From positions 15,806-79,805 of the forward strand of contig JBFLXM010000012.1 in NCBI GenBank assembly GCA_040757175.1: DNA of 64,000 nucleotides, read 5' to 3'. This stretch comes from Thermodesulfobacteriota bacterium (lineage in GTDB: Bacteria > Desulfobacterota > Desulfobaccia > Desulfobaccales > 0-14-0-80-60-11). Positions 8,401-16,607 of this stretch are shown one piece after another. A program made the translations under genes and the position numbers. The notes under the pieces are model-generated. The model searched no databases and was not told where the DNA came from. It worked only from the letters and a program-made list of their open reading frames with translations. Within the stretch, counting starts at the first letter, position 1, and the number at the start of each line of letters is the position of its first letter.

Positions 8401-11400
8401 TGGCTAAAGGTCCCACTGCCGCCGAGCCCGACGATCGTATTGGCGTTCACCACCAGGCTGCCGTCGCTCAGGTTGTAATTACCGCTGCCGCCGGCATAAT
8501 ACCCCAGGACCAGGTTGTCGGTGGTGTTGGTGCCGCCGCTCTGGTTCAGAGTGCCGCTGCCCGCGTAACCCACATATTCATTGGCCGCGGTGAGGCTGCC
8601 GCCGCTAAGGTTGTAGGTGCTGCTCTCGCCGGCGTTTTTCCCCAGGTAGAGGTCGGTGACAGCCGCGGCCCCGCCGGTCTGGTTAAAGAGGCCACCCTGG
8701 TTCACATTAACAGTCCCCGCGGCCAGGCTGCCGCCCTGGAGGTTGTAGGTGCCGCTGCTGCCGGACACGTTCGCCAGGGTCAGGACGCCGGTCACCGTAT
8801 GGGTGCCGCCGCTCTGGGTAAAGGTGCCGCTGCCCTCGTTGCCGATGATCTCATCGGCTACCGCCAGGCTGCCGCCGCTCAGGTTATAGGTGCCGCTGCT
8901 GCCCGCGTAAGTGGCCAGGGTCAGGGTCCCCGTGGTGTTGGTGCCGCCGCTCTGGTTGAAGGTGCCGCTGCCGCCGTCGTCGCCGCCGATGAATTCCATG
9001 TCCGCGGCCAGGCTGCCGCGGCTCAGATTATAGGTGCCGTTACCATAGACTCCCAGAAACAGTCCCGCATCACCCGTACTGTTGTGCATGGTGTTGGTGC
9101 CGCCGGTCTGGGTGAAAGTGCCCGTGCCGCAGTTGCCGATGATTTCATACTCGGCGGAGAGGCTGCCGTCATTCAAGGTGTAGTTGCCGCTGGCCGTGTC
9201 ATCGTACCCCAGGATCAGGGAGCCGGGGAGAAATGTGTCGCCGGGCACCGTATGGGTGCCGCCGTTCTGGACAAAGCTGCCGCTGCCGCTGAAGCCGATG
9301 TATGAGTAATAATAGGCTTGGAGGCTGCCGCCGTTCAGGGTATAGGTGCCGCTGGCCCCGGCGTTCTCCCCCAAGCCGATGGCATAAGCCGTGTTGGTGC
9401 CGCCGTTCTGGGTGAACGCGCCGCTGCCGTCGTAGCCGATGGATTGGGACCAGGCTTCGAGGCTGCCGTTGTTCAGGGTATAGGTGCCGCTGGCCCCGGC
9501 GTTCAGCCCCAGGTAGAGTTCACCGCACTGGTGGGAGCCGCCGGTTTGGGTGAAGGCGCCGCGGCCGGAGCCGCCGATCATTTCATAATCGGCCGCGAGG
9601 CTGCCGCCGCTCAGGTTGTAGGTGCCGCTGCTGCCGGCGCCGTGCCCCAGGATCAGATCGCCGGTCACCGTATGCGTGCCGCCGGTCTGGGTAAAGGCGC
9701 CGGTGCCTGAGGAACCCACCCGCTCATAGTCGCCCACTGAGAGGCTGCCGTTGTTCAGGGTATAGACGCCGGTGCTGTTGGCACCGTCCCCCAGGATAAA
9801 ATGACCGTCCACCTCATGGGTGCCGCCGTTTTGGGTAAAAGTGCCGGTGCCATTGACGCCGATGTACTCGTTGTCGGCCCCCAGACTGCCGCCGTGCAGA
9901 GTGTAGCTGCCGCTGGCTCCGGCTTGCATCCCCAGGTAGAGTTCACCGCAGTTGTTGGAGCCGCCGGTTTGCGTGAACGCGCCGCTGCCGGAAGCGCCCA
10001 CATGCTCATTGCCTTGAACCAACAGGCTGCCGCCCTGGAGATGGTAGGTGCCGCTGCCGGTGCCGGCGTAGCCCAGGTTGAGGTCGCCGGTCACGGTATT
10101 GGTGCCGCCGCTCTGCGTAAAAGTGCCGGTGCCGTTGTAGCCGATATATTCCTGGGTGGCCGTCAGCGTCCCGGCCAGGGTCATGGTGCCGTCGTTGGTG
10201 AGGCCGTCGCCGTTGAGGATCACCGTGCGGCCCGCGGCGATATCCAGGGTGGTGGCGGAGTAGTTGGCCAGGCCGTTGCCCGCGGTGAAATCGGCGTTGA
10301 AATTCACCGCGCCGTAGTTCAGCAGGCGGCCGCTGAAAGTGCCGCTATTGTAATTGAAGGTGCCCCGGTTCTCCAGGGACCCGGTCACCGTGCCCCCCTG
10401 CTGGTTGAAGGCGGTGGCGTTCAGGTTGCCGCCGGTCTGGTTGAAGACACCTCCGGCGTTCAGGTCGATGGTCCCCGCGGTCAGGCTGCCGGCGCTCAGG
10501 TTGTAGGTGCCGGTGCCGGCGCCGTCGCTCACCATGATGGAGCCCGCTGTGTGGCTGCCGCCGCTCTGGCTGAACGTGCCGCTGCTGCCGCAGCCGATAT
10601 ATTCGCCGCCCGCCACCGTCAGGCTGCCGCCGCTCAGATTGTAGGTGGCGGTGCCGAAAACCCCCACATAGAGGTCCGAGCCGGCCGTGTGGGTGCCGCC
10701 GCTCTGGTTGAAGGTACTGGTGCCCGAATAACCCAGGCATTCAGCATCGCCCACCGCCAGGCTGCCGGTGCCGCTCAGGTTATAGGTGCTGCTTTGGGCG
10801 GGGTTATCGCTCATAATGAGGTATGAGTATATGGTATTGGTGCCGCCGCTCTGGTTGAAGGTGCTGGTGCCGCCGTCGCCCATGGCGCCGATGTACTCGT
10901 TAGCGGCCGAGAGGCTGCCATTAATAAGATTGTAGGTGCCGCTGGTACCGGCGAAGGAGACTACTTCCAGGTCGCCGCTGATGGTGTTGGTGCCGGCGCT
11001 CTGGGTGAAGACGCCGCTGCCGTAATAGCCAATAGACTCTTTGCCGGCCGCGAGGCTGCCCCCCTCCAAGTTATAGGCGCCGCTGCTGCCGGAGGCAAAC
11101 CCCAGATACAGAACCGTGGACACCGTATGGGTGCCGCCTTTTTGGGTAAAGGCGCCGCTGCCGGAGAAGCCCACGTAGGCAGCGCCTGAAGCGCCCACGG
11201 AGAGGCTGCCGTCGTCCAGGGTATAGGTGCCGCTGCCGCCGGCGTAGCGCCCCAGGATCAGATCGCGTCCCACGGTGTTGGTGCCGCCGTTCTGGGTGAA
11301 GGCCCCGCTGCCGGAGAAGCCCACGAATTCATCTTGCGCGGAAAGGCTGCCGCTGCCGCTCAAATTGTAGGTGCCGCTGCCGCCGGCACTATTCCCCAGG

Positions 11401-12959
11401 GTCAGGCTGCCGGACACCGTGTGGGTGCCGCCGCTTTGGGTGAAGGCGCCGCTGCCGGAGTAGCCCACGTATTCACTGGCCGCGGTGACGCTGCCGTTGC
11501 TCAGGGTGTAGCTGTTGCTGACCCCGGCGTTTCTGGCCAGGTATAGATCGGTGAAAGCCGCGCTGCCGCCGCTCTGGCTGAACGTGGTGAAATCAAGCTG
11601 GCCCCCGGTCTGGTTGAAGAGGCCGTTGGCGTTCAGGTTAACGGTCCCCGCGGTCAGGCTGCCGCCCTGGAGGTTATAGGTGCCGCTGCTGCCGGCGTTG
11701 GCCGCCAGGGTCAGGGCGCCGCTCACCGTATTGCTGCCGCCGCTCTGGGTAAAGGCGCCGGTGCCGTTGTAGCCGATATATTCCTGGGTGGCCGTCAGGT
11801 TTCCGGCTAGGGTCATGGTCCCGTCGTTGGTGAGGCCGTCGCCGTTGAGAGTCACCGTGCGGCCCGAGGCAATGGCCAGGGTGGTGGCGGAGTAGTTGGC
11901 CAGACCGTTGCCCGCGGTGAAGTCGGCGTTGAAATTCACCGTGCCGTAGTTCAGGAGCCGGCCGCTGCAAGTGCCGCTGCTGTAGTTGAAGGTGCCCCGG
12001 TTCTCCAGGGACCCGGTCACCGTGCCCCCCTGCTGGTTGAAGGTGGTGGCGTTGAGGCTGCCGCCGGACTGGTTGAAGACGCCCCCGGCCTTCAGCCCGA
12101 CGGTCCCGGCCGTCAGGCTGCCGCCCTGGAGGTTGTAAGTGCCGCTGCTGCCGGAATTTTGCGCCAGGGTCAGGGCGCCGGTCACCGTATGGGTGCCGCC
12201 GCTCTGGGTAAAGGCGCCGCTGCCGGAGAAGCCCACGTATTCATCCAACGCGGAGAGGCTGCCGGTGTCGCTCAGGTTGTAGCTGCCGCTGCTGCCGGAG
12301 TTGGCCCCCAGGCACAGGATGTTGGTCACCGTGTTGGTGCCCCCGCTCAGGTTGTAGCTGCCGCTGCTGCCGGAGTTGGTCCCCAGGCTCAGGATGTTGG
12401 TCACCGTGTTGGTGCCCCCGCTCTGGCTGAAGGCGCCGCTGCCGGAGTAGCCCACGTATTCATCCAACATAGAGAGGCTGCCGGTGCCGCTCAGGTTGTA
12501 GCTGCCGCTGCCGCCGGAGCTGTGCCCCAGGCTCAGCCCGACGGTCGCTGTATTAGTGCCGCCGCTTTGGGTAAAGGTGCCGCTGCCGTTGTAGCCCACG
12601 TATTCACGGAACGCGGAGAGGCTGCCGGTGCCGCTCAGGTTGTAGCTGCCGCTGCTGCCGGCATTTTCGCCTATCCGGAGATTGTTGGAAACTTGATTTA
12701 TGTACGCGCTCTGATTTAAAACGCCCCCGGCCGCGGTGGTGCCAATATATTCGTTATCATACGTGAGGTCGCCAACAACATCGTAAGGGGAATTACTTTG
12801 CGAGACATCCACGGTCAGGTCATCGGCCGGGCACAGCCCCGGCGCCAGGACCAGCGCCAGCCCCAGGGCCGCGGCCAGCAACCCCCGCGTCCAGCCAGGA
12901 AAGTCGGGAGACGCGATGCCTTCCCGCCCTACGGCTCTTCTTTTTGCTCTGATTTGCAT
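5457..12959 (-). CDS. Giant type Va autotransporter (2500 aa) with Gly/Ser/Thr-rich beta-helix-like repeat passenger
   Basis: N-terminal signal-like segment (GLLAAALGLALVLAPGLCPA), dozens of F(T/N)Q(S/T)GGT(N/H)T..L.LG...GSG.Y.L.GGSL repeats, C-terminal ~300-aa barrel with alternating strands ending GLRWEF (terminal Phe). Confidence 0.92.
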   Translation of the reverse strand: MQIRAKRRAVGREGIASPDFPGWTRGLLAAALGLALVLAPGLCPADDLTVDVSQSNSPYDVVGDLTYDNEYIGTTAAGGVLNQSAYINQVSNNLRIGENAGSSGSYNLSGTGSLSAFREYVGYNGSGTFTQSGGTNTATVGLSLGHSSGGSGSYNLSGTGSLSMLDEYVGYSGSGAFSQSGGTNTVTNILSLGTNSGSSGSYNLSGGTNTVTNILCLGANSGSSGSYNLSDTGSLSALDEYVGFSGSGAFTQSGGTHTVTGALTLAQNSGSSGTYNLQGGSLTAGTVGLKAGGVFNQSGGSLNATTFNQQGGTVTGSLENRGTFNYSSGTCSGRLLNYGTVNFNADFTAGNGLANYSATTLAIASGRTVTLNGDGLTNDGTMTLAGNLTATQEYIGYNGTGAFTQSGGSNTVSGALTLAANAGSSGTYNLQGGSLTAGTVNLNANGLFNQTGGQLDFTTFSQSGGSAAFTDLYLARNAGVSNSYTLSNGSVTAASEYVGYSGSGAFTQSGGTHTVSGSLTLGNSAGGSGTYNLSGSGSLSAQDEFVGFSGSGAFTQNGGTNTVGRDLILGRYAGGSGTYTLDDGSLSVGASGAAYVGFSGSGAFTQKGGTHTVSTVLYLGFASGSSGAYNLEGGSLAAGKESIGYYGSGVFTQSAGTNTISGDLEVVSFAGTSGTYNLINGSLSAANEYIGAMGDGGTSTFNQSGGTNTIYSYLIMSDNPAQSSTYNLSGTGSLAVGDAECLGYSGTSTFNQSGGTHTAGSDLYVGVFGTATYNLSGGSLTVAGGEYIGCGSSGTFSQSGGSHTAGSIMVSDGAGTGTYNLSAGSLTAGTIDLNAGGVFNQTGGNLNATAFNQQGGTVTGSLENRGTFNYNSGTFSGRLLNYGAVNFNADFTAGNGLANYSATTLDIAAGRTVILNGDGLTNDGTMTLAGTLTATQEYIGYNGTGTFTQSGGTNTVTGDLNLGYAGTGSGTYHLQGGSLLVQGNEHVGASGSGAFTQTGGSNNCGELYLGMQAGASGSYTLHGGSLGADNEYIGVNGTGTFTQNGGTHEVDGHFILGDGANSTGVYTLNNGSLSVGDYERVGSSGTGAFTQTGGTHTVTGDLILGHGAGSSGTYNLSGGSLAADYEMIGGSGRGAFTQTGGSHQCGELYLGLNAGASGTYTLNNGSLEAWSQSIGYDGSGAFTQNGGTNTAYAIGLGENAGASGTYTLNGGSLQAYYYSYIGFSGSGSFVQNGGTHTVPGDTFLPGSLILGYDDTASGNYTLNDGSLSAEYEIIGNCGTGTFTQTGGTNTMHNSTGDAGLFLGVYGNGTYNLSRGSLAADMEFIGGDDGGSGTFNQSGGTNTTGTLTLATYAGSSGTYNLSGGSLAVADEIIGNEGSGTFTQSGGTHTVTGVLTLANVSGSSGTYNLQGGSLAAGTVNVNQGGLFNQTGGAAAVTDLYLGKNAGESSTYNLSGGSLTAANEYVGYAGSGTLNQSGGTNTTDNLVLGYYAGGSGNYNLSDGSLVVNANTIVGLGGSGTFSQSGGTHEVATLYVGRGSTGSGAYNLSGGSLSSDAAILGMDGSGAFTQSGGTHTVTNGLYLGFFADGSGVYNLNDGSLSAAFEEIGSVGSGAFTQSGGTHTVAGSLGVGVAGEGAYDLIGGTLTAATEYIGIAALGAFTQSGGVHTVTDSLVLGLVNGSDGAYTLTGGSLGVGGNAVIGDAGDGAFYQSGGTNTVANTLTLGAVCGGNGAYLLEGGSLTAANTCVGQASGGTFMQTGGTHTVANNLSLGLQDSSYGLYQLDAGSLAVGGNAVIGNAGLGVFLQSGGTNTVANNLILGAASGGDGTYFMTGGSLAAANACVGQTGSGAMMQTGGSHTVANNLFLGDQTSGMGSYALIDGVLAVGGNEVIGNLGLGAFIQGGGSHMVAGALTLAAGAGSSGTYELDGGSLSAGLININAGGHFLRSGGEMNYNILNFQGGDYSGYLVNQTLVMGTGTIFGSLTNAGTVSPGQSVGVLTIIGSYAQTAAGVYQAEIASASIYDRITVNGGTASLNGTLAISLLGGYRPLGNQVFSGIITAAGGITGTFSSILNQQIGPTLSWQPRYNANSVDLWVQRNYSNLAGLTKNQRSVGNMLGSVADSATGDLNYVLNAIDSLPTTGAVANAYTQISPEKAGALASLGLTGAGSQMRNLAQWITSGRFGTREVQTAFGLDSLGNYGISGAGLMLAYNGSSLAELITGQKAGAGASPLAFYLLPNLLLGGQGTTVNQTGYSYTGAGFTLGGDYRVRDDLLVGLATGYNHLGASFRGSGGNVANNNWPITAYAAYLPESGYAFGSLGYSLNLFTLDRNIAFEGVDRRAKSSPTGHQFNGYGEAGYDLKWRPLVVTPLVSLAYSQIWVGGFAEDGANSLNLQVGSQSAASLQSGVGAKVSLPLKRNSTLVVPQVYATYQHEFANDSRGLDARLSQGSSTSTWQTDSPHRDFAVLGANCTLGIRKNVRAQLDYNVEVGRGSYTAHSLNAGLRWEF
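10100..12140 (-). repeat. Internal duplication of a ~135-aa passenger block (copies about 10100-10510 and 11730-12140)
   Basis: Both copies encode FNQQGGTVTGSLENRGTFNY.SGT.SGRLLNYG.VNFNADFTAGNGLANYSATTL..A.GRTV.LNGDGLTNDGTMTLAG.LTATQEYIGYNGTG with near-identical DNA. Confidence 0.9.
12285..12425 (-). repeat. 75-bp (25-codon) tandem duplication in the autotransporter passenger
   Basis: GGTNTVTNILSLGTNSGSSGSYNLS followed directly by GGTNTVTNILCLGANSGSSGSYNLS. Confidence 0.85.
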
Positions 12960-13034
12960 GGCCCTTCCTCCCCCGGCAGCAGACGGCCCGGGCTAATACC
13001 AATGCTGTTCACTAAACAGTATGAGATTTTCCCT

Positions 13035-13157
13035 GGTTCCCAAGTTGCACTTGGGAACCCATTTTTCCGGCAAAGCTGCGCTTTGGCACCTTATTCCCGG
13101 TGGTGCCCAAGCGCAGCTTGGGCCAAAATTCCCGTTCCCAAGCACAGCTTGGGAACG
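13035..13157. repeat. Cluster of REP-like palindromes (GTTCCCAAG-N5/6-CTTGGGAAC family)
   Basis: GGTTCCCAAGTTGCACTTGGGAACC 13035-13059, CAAAGCTGCGCTTTG about 13071-13085, GCCCAAGCGCAGCTTGGGC 13105-13123, CGTTCCCAAGCACAGCTTGGGAACG 13133-13157. Confidence 0.8.
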
Positions 13158-13171
13158 AGGGTAAAACGTTT

Positions 13172-13238
13172 TCTCGCAAAGACGCAAAGATCGCCAAGTT
13201 TTTTTATCCTCTCTTTGCGTCCTTGGCGTCTTGGCGAG
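13172..13238. repeat. REP-like imperfect inverted repeat built from CGCAAAGA/CGCCAAG units
   Basis: TCTCGCAAAGACGCAAAGATCGCCAAG ... CTTTGCGTCCTTGGCGTCTTGGCGAGA. Confidence 0.7.
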
Positions 13239-13316
13239 AAACAATAAAGAGATCCTCGAAAAGACACATTACCCCCCATTTCGGCGCGTGAGACACGCCC
13301 GACGATGGACATTTTC

Positions 13317-13488
13317 AGAGCAGTCGCTCATGATCTGTTGGCTCTCTCAAAAGAATGAAAAGGCTGGGTGGGGCGGGCCTCCGTGCAGTGGGGCGGGCGT
13401 CCCCGCCCGCCAACCTCTATGGCGGCCAGAGACGGCCGCCCCACCAACTTGGAACTTGGAACCTGGAACTTGGAACTTTTCGTAGCAG
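13317..13488 (+). mobile_element. Short non-coding repeat element, copy B
   Basis: AGAGCAGTCGCTCAT ... GGCTCTCTCAAAAGAATGAAAA ... GGTGGGGCGGGCCTCCGTGC ... GACGGCCGCCCCACCA ... GGAACTTTTCGTAGCAG. Blocks are shared with 63316-63450. Confidence 0.75.
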
Positions 13489-13573
13489 GCAAAGCTACCT
13501 GAAGGCGGGATGCGCTGCGCTTTCCCGCCCTACACCCTCCTACACTCTTCCCTGCCCGGTGTTCCCCGGCACC

Positions 13574-14071
13574 CTAGCGGCGCGCCGGGGCTGCCTTCTT
13601 TTCCCCTTTGCCCGGCTTACCCTCGGGCGCAGCCGCCGGCGGCGGGCTCACCGCCGGTCCCGGGGCCGGCCCGGCCGCGGCCGGGGCCGCCTTGGCCTCC
13701 CGGATGAGCCGGGCCACCTGGGAATCCGGGGCCACCGGTTCCAGGCGCACGATGTGCCGGGTATTGATGCGCATGAAATCCGGACCGTGCCACTCGCTGC
13801 CCAACCGCATCAGGATGCTCCTGGCCTCTTTTTTCTCGCCGCTTACTAGCCGCTGGACGTAATAAACATCCCTGAGAGTAAGGAAGGCGGAATCGGTTGC
13901 CCCGATCTTGCCGAAAAAGACCTGGCCGTTGTCCAGAAACACGGCCTGATACTCCGTGGGAAAAGAGAGGTCGCCGCCCCCCGGGCAGCCGGCCAAGAGG
14001 GCCGGCAGCAGCAAGGGAAACAGCAAGATAAGGACCCGAAAGGTTCTCAAGCCCTGTTGCGGTGGTGGCAT
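13574..14071 (-). CDS. Putative lipoprotein of unknown function
   Basis: Signal peptide with lipobox LLAGC, compact domain YQAVFLDNGQVFFGK..DVYYV..GPDFMRINTRHIV, Pro/Ala/Lys-rich tail. Confidence 0.75.
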   Translation of the reverse strand: MPPPQQGLRTFRVLILLFPLLLPALLAGCPGGGDLSFPTEYQAVFLDNGQVFFGKIGATDSAFLTLRDVYYVQRLVSGEKKEARSILMRLGSEWHGPDFMRINTRHIVRLEPVAPDSQVARLIREAKAAPAAAGPAPGPAVSPPPAAAPEGKPGKGEKKAAPARR

Positions 14072-14723
14072 AAATCCCCCCTGACTAAAAAAGAGACGTC
14101 CTTAATCCTCAAAAGTTACGGCCGTCAAGCCTCCTCCCCATTCCGGCCTTTCCGAAGGACAAATGAAAACTCAACAGTCCTTCTGGTCAGCCACCATAGC
14201 AAAAAACCATGGGGCTGGCAAACAATTTGCATAACATTATAGGGCAGTTGTCTGTGGGGGATGAAGGTTGTCTGGGAAGACCGCTTTCCTTGAGTTTGCT
14301 TATCGAGAAAATTTCCTTTTTTAATTTTCAGCTTTTTTTGCCTAAGCGGGTTTACCACCCGCCCCAACCATGGGAACATGGTATTATTCCCCGCCCTCAT
14401 CATTGCCGTGCCAGGACCAGTTGCTCTCCTGCGCCTCTTTCTGGAGCGCCGGAGGCGCAACCGGCAGAGGCCCTGGCCATTGACTTTGCTTCCTGATTAT
14501 GGAATATTTCTAAACCAGGGTCTGCCCTGATGCCAAGGTCTTGTCATGATTTGGGGTGCCGCAATAGCCGAGTTGCCTTAAGGAAGGTTCCTCGGCTTTT
14601 TATTGCCATGATGATGAACCGTGGGGATGTCTTTGGAGGCCGTAAGGGAGCCCTGATGTTCTGCAAGATGAAAGTCCCGGCCGGGGATGGGGACTTCGGG
14701 CCGGTGCCTGCGGGTAGCGCCGC

Positions 14724-16607
14724 GTGAGTAAAAGGTTTCTTTGCGGCCTCTTGCTGGTGGTTCTTTTAGGGGCAGGGGCCGAAGCGGCCTTCCGGAACGG
14801 GTGGCTGGGGTTGGCGGAGGACTGGTATTATGACCTGTGGCATCAACTTTCCGGCCGGAGATACGAGCCCCAACAGGTGGTCATCGCGGCCATCGATGAC
14901 CAGACCCGGCTGGAGCACCAGGATGAGCCCCTGGTGTTCTGGAGCCCGCACTTTGCCCAAGCGATTGCGGTCTTGCGGCAGGCCGGGGTCAAGGTCATCG
15001 GCCTGGACGTTCTCTTTTCGGTGAGCGCCGAATCCTGGCTGCAACGGCTGCAATTGCCGGAAAGCGGCCAAAGCCGCACCTACGATTTGCCCTTCCGGGA
15101 GCAACTGGCCTCCGGGGCGGTGATCCTGGCCGGCGACCTGGCCTACGGCGCCGACGGTAAAGAAAAGGCCCTCCTGCCGCTCCCCGATTACTGGGCGGCT
15201 CTGCCGGGAAAGCTGGACGATGTGGGTTTGGTCAAGTTCTACCTTGACCCTGACGGGGTGATCCGCCGCTTTTTGCCTGCCATCCCCACGGCCGACGGGG
15301 GGGCGTGGGTCGCGTTCGGCAAGCTCTTGGCGGACCGCATGGCCGCCCCCGGCTCCGGTCCGGACCAGCCTCCCCTTTCCTTCCTAAATTTCAGCGGCCC
15401 GCCGGGCACCATCCCCCGGATTTCTTTCCGGCGGCTGCTCTTGCCGGCCGCGGCCCAGGATCCCCAGGTGCGGCGCCTCCAGGGCAAGGCGGTCATCATT
15501 GCCTATGAGGCTGCCGGCATTCAGGATCTGCACCAGACCCCTTATTCCCGGGGGTTTTTCAATATCCCGGCCCGCTTGATGAGCGGCGCGGAAGTGCATG
15601 CCAATATCGTGGAAACCATCCTCACCGGGCGCAGCCCCCGGCCGGCGGCCACCCCGTATCGGCTGGCTTACCTGGTTGCCCTCCTGGCCCTGGGCACCCT
15701 GCTGTTTTTCAGACTGGCCCCCGGGCCGGGATTGGCGGTCCTGGCGCTGTTGGCCTTGAGTGCGGCAGTCTGCGCCTTTATACTCTTCCGCAGCAATCTG
15801 CTGCTGCCAGCCGCGGTCCTCCAGGCGGGCCTGGGGCTGAGCTACCTGGGTGTTCTGGGACTGCGGCTCACCGGGGAAGAACGGGAACGCGCCCGTCTGC
15901 GGCAGATCTTTGGGCGCTATGCCTCCGAGGAAGTGGTGGAGAAGCTGCTGGCCTCGGGCCGGGAGCCTGACCTGGGAGGAGAGGCCCTGACGGTGACTGT
16001 GCTCTTTGCGGATATCCGCAATTTCACTGCCATTTCCGAGTCTCTCAACCCCCATGAAGTGGTGGAGATGCTCAACACCTATTTCAGCCGGGTGTGCGAG
16101 CCCATCCTGGCGCAAGGAGGGACGGTGGACAAGTTTATCGGCGATGCCATCATGGCGGTGTTCGGTTCGCTGGCTCCCTACCCGGATCATGCCCGCCGGG
16201 CCCTTCGGGCTGCCCTGGCGGTGGCGGCGAGGGCCAGGGAGTTCGACGCCTGGATGGCCAGGCGGTTTGTGAGCCGCGGCTTGCCGGAATTCCGTATCGG
16301 CATCGGGGTGCATACGGGTGAGGCGGTGGTGGGCAATATCGGCTCCTCCCAACGGTTTGAATTCACGGCCGTGGGCGACACGGTGAACACGGCCTCGCGT
16401 TTGGAAGGTTTGACGAAAGAGCTGGGATGGACCATCGTCGCCAGCTTTGGAACCATTGAGGCGGCTGGTCCGGGGGTGGTGACGGGCGGCCTCCGGAAAG
16501 TCCGGGTCAAGGGCCGCCAAGAAACGGTGGAGGTCCTGGAGGTCAAGGGTCTTAAGGAAGATAACCCCAGTGACATTTCTGACGGAGGGAGCGGTAATGA
16601 AGATTAA
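14724..16607 (+). CDS. CHASE2-domain class III adenylate cyclase
   Basis: N-terminal TM, CHASE2-like region (VVIAAIDD..IGLDVLF..D.DGVIRR..GAEVHANIVETIL), three TM helices, cyclase motifs LFADIRNFT, VDKFIGDAIM, FTAVGDTVNTASRLE. Confidence 0.93.
   Translation: MSKRFLCGLLLVVLLGAGAEAAFRNGWLGLAEDWYYDLWHQLSGRRYEPQQVVIAAIDDQTRLEHQDEPLVFWSPHFAQAIAVLRQAGVKVIGLDVLFSVSAESWLQRLQLPESGQSRTYDLPFREQLASGAVILAGDLAYGADGKEKALLPLPDYWAALPGKLDDVGLVKFYLDPDGVIRRFLPAIPTADGGAWVAFGKLLADRMAAPGSGPDQPPLSFLNFSGPPGTIPRISFRRLLLPAAAQDPQVRRLQGKAVIIAYEAAGIQDLHQTPYSRGFFNIPARLMSGAEVHANIVETILTGRSPRPAATPYRLAYLVALLALGTLLFFRLAPGPGLAVLALLALSAAVCAFILFRSNLLLPAAVLQAGLGLSYLGVLGLRLTGEERERARLRQIFGRYASEEVVEKLLASGREPDLGGEALTVTVLFADIRNFTAISESLNPHEVVEMLNTYFSRVCEPILAQGGTVDKFIGDAIMAVFGSLAPYPDHARRALRAALAVAARAREFDAWMARRFVSRGLPEFRIGIGVHTGEAVVGNIGSSQRFEFTAVGDTVNTASRLEGLTKELGWTIVASFGTIEAAGPGVVTGGLRKVRVKGRQETVEVLEVKGLKEDNPSDISDGGSGNED

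Noticed and set aside
5457-12959. Diversity-generating retroelement acting on the autotransporter repeats
   Set aside because: The duplicated blocks are both coding, differences are not confined to adenines, and there is no reverse transcriptase in the window.
5207-13488. Composite transposon formed by element copies A and B around the autotransporter
   Set aside because: No transposase or target duplication is visible, and a third copy lies 50 kb away. Independent insertions are simpler.
14473-14492. Sigma-54 promoter for the CHASE2 cyclase operon (TGGCCATTGACTTTGCT)
   Set aside because: GG-to-GC spacing is 11 nt rather than the required 10.
14125-14727. Short ORFs 14125-14460, 14209-14496 and 14530-14727
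   Set aside because: No motifs, atypical composition, located in a divergent promoter region.
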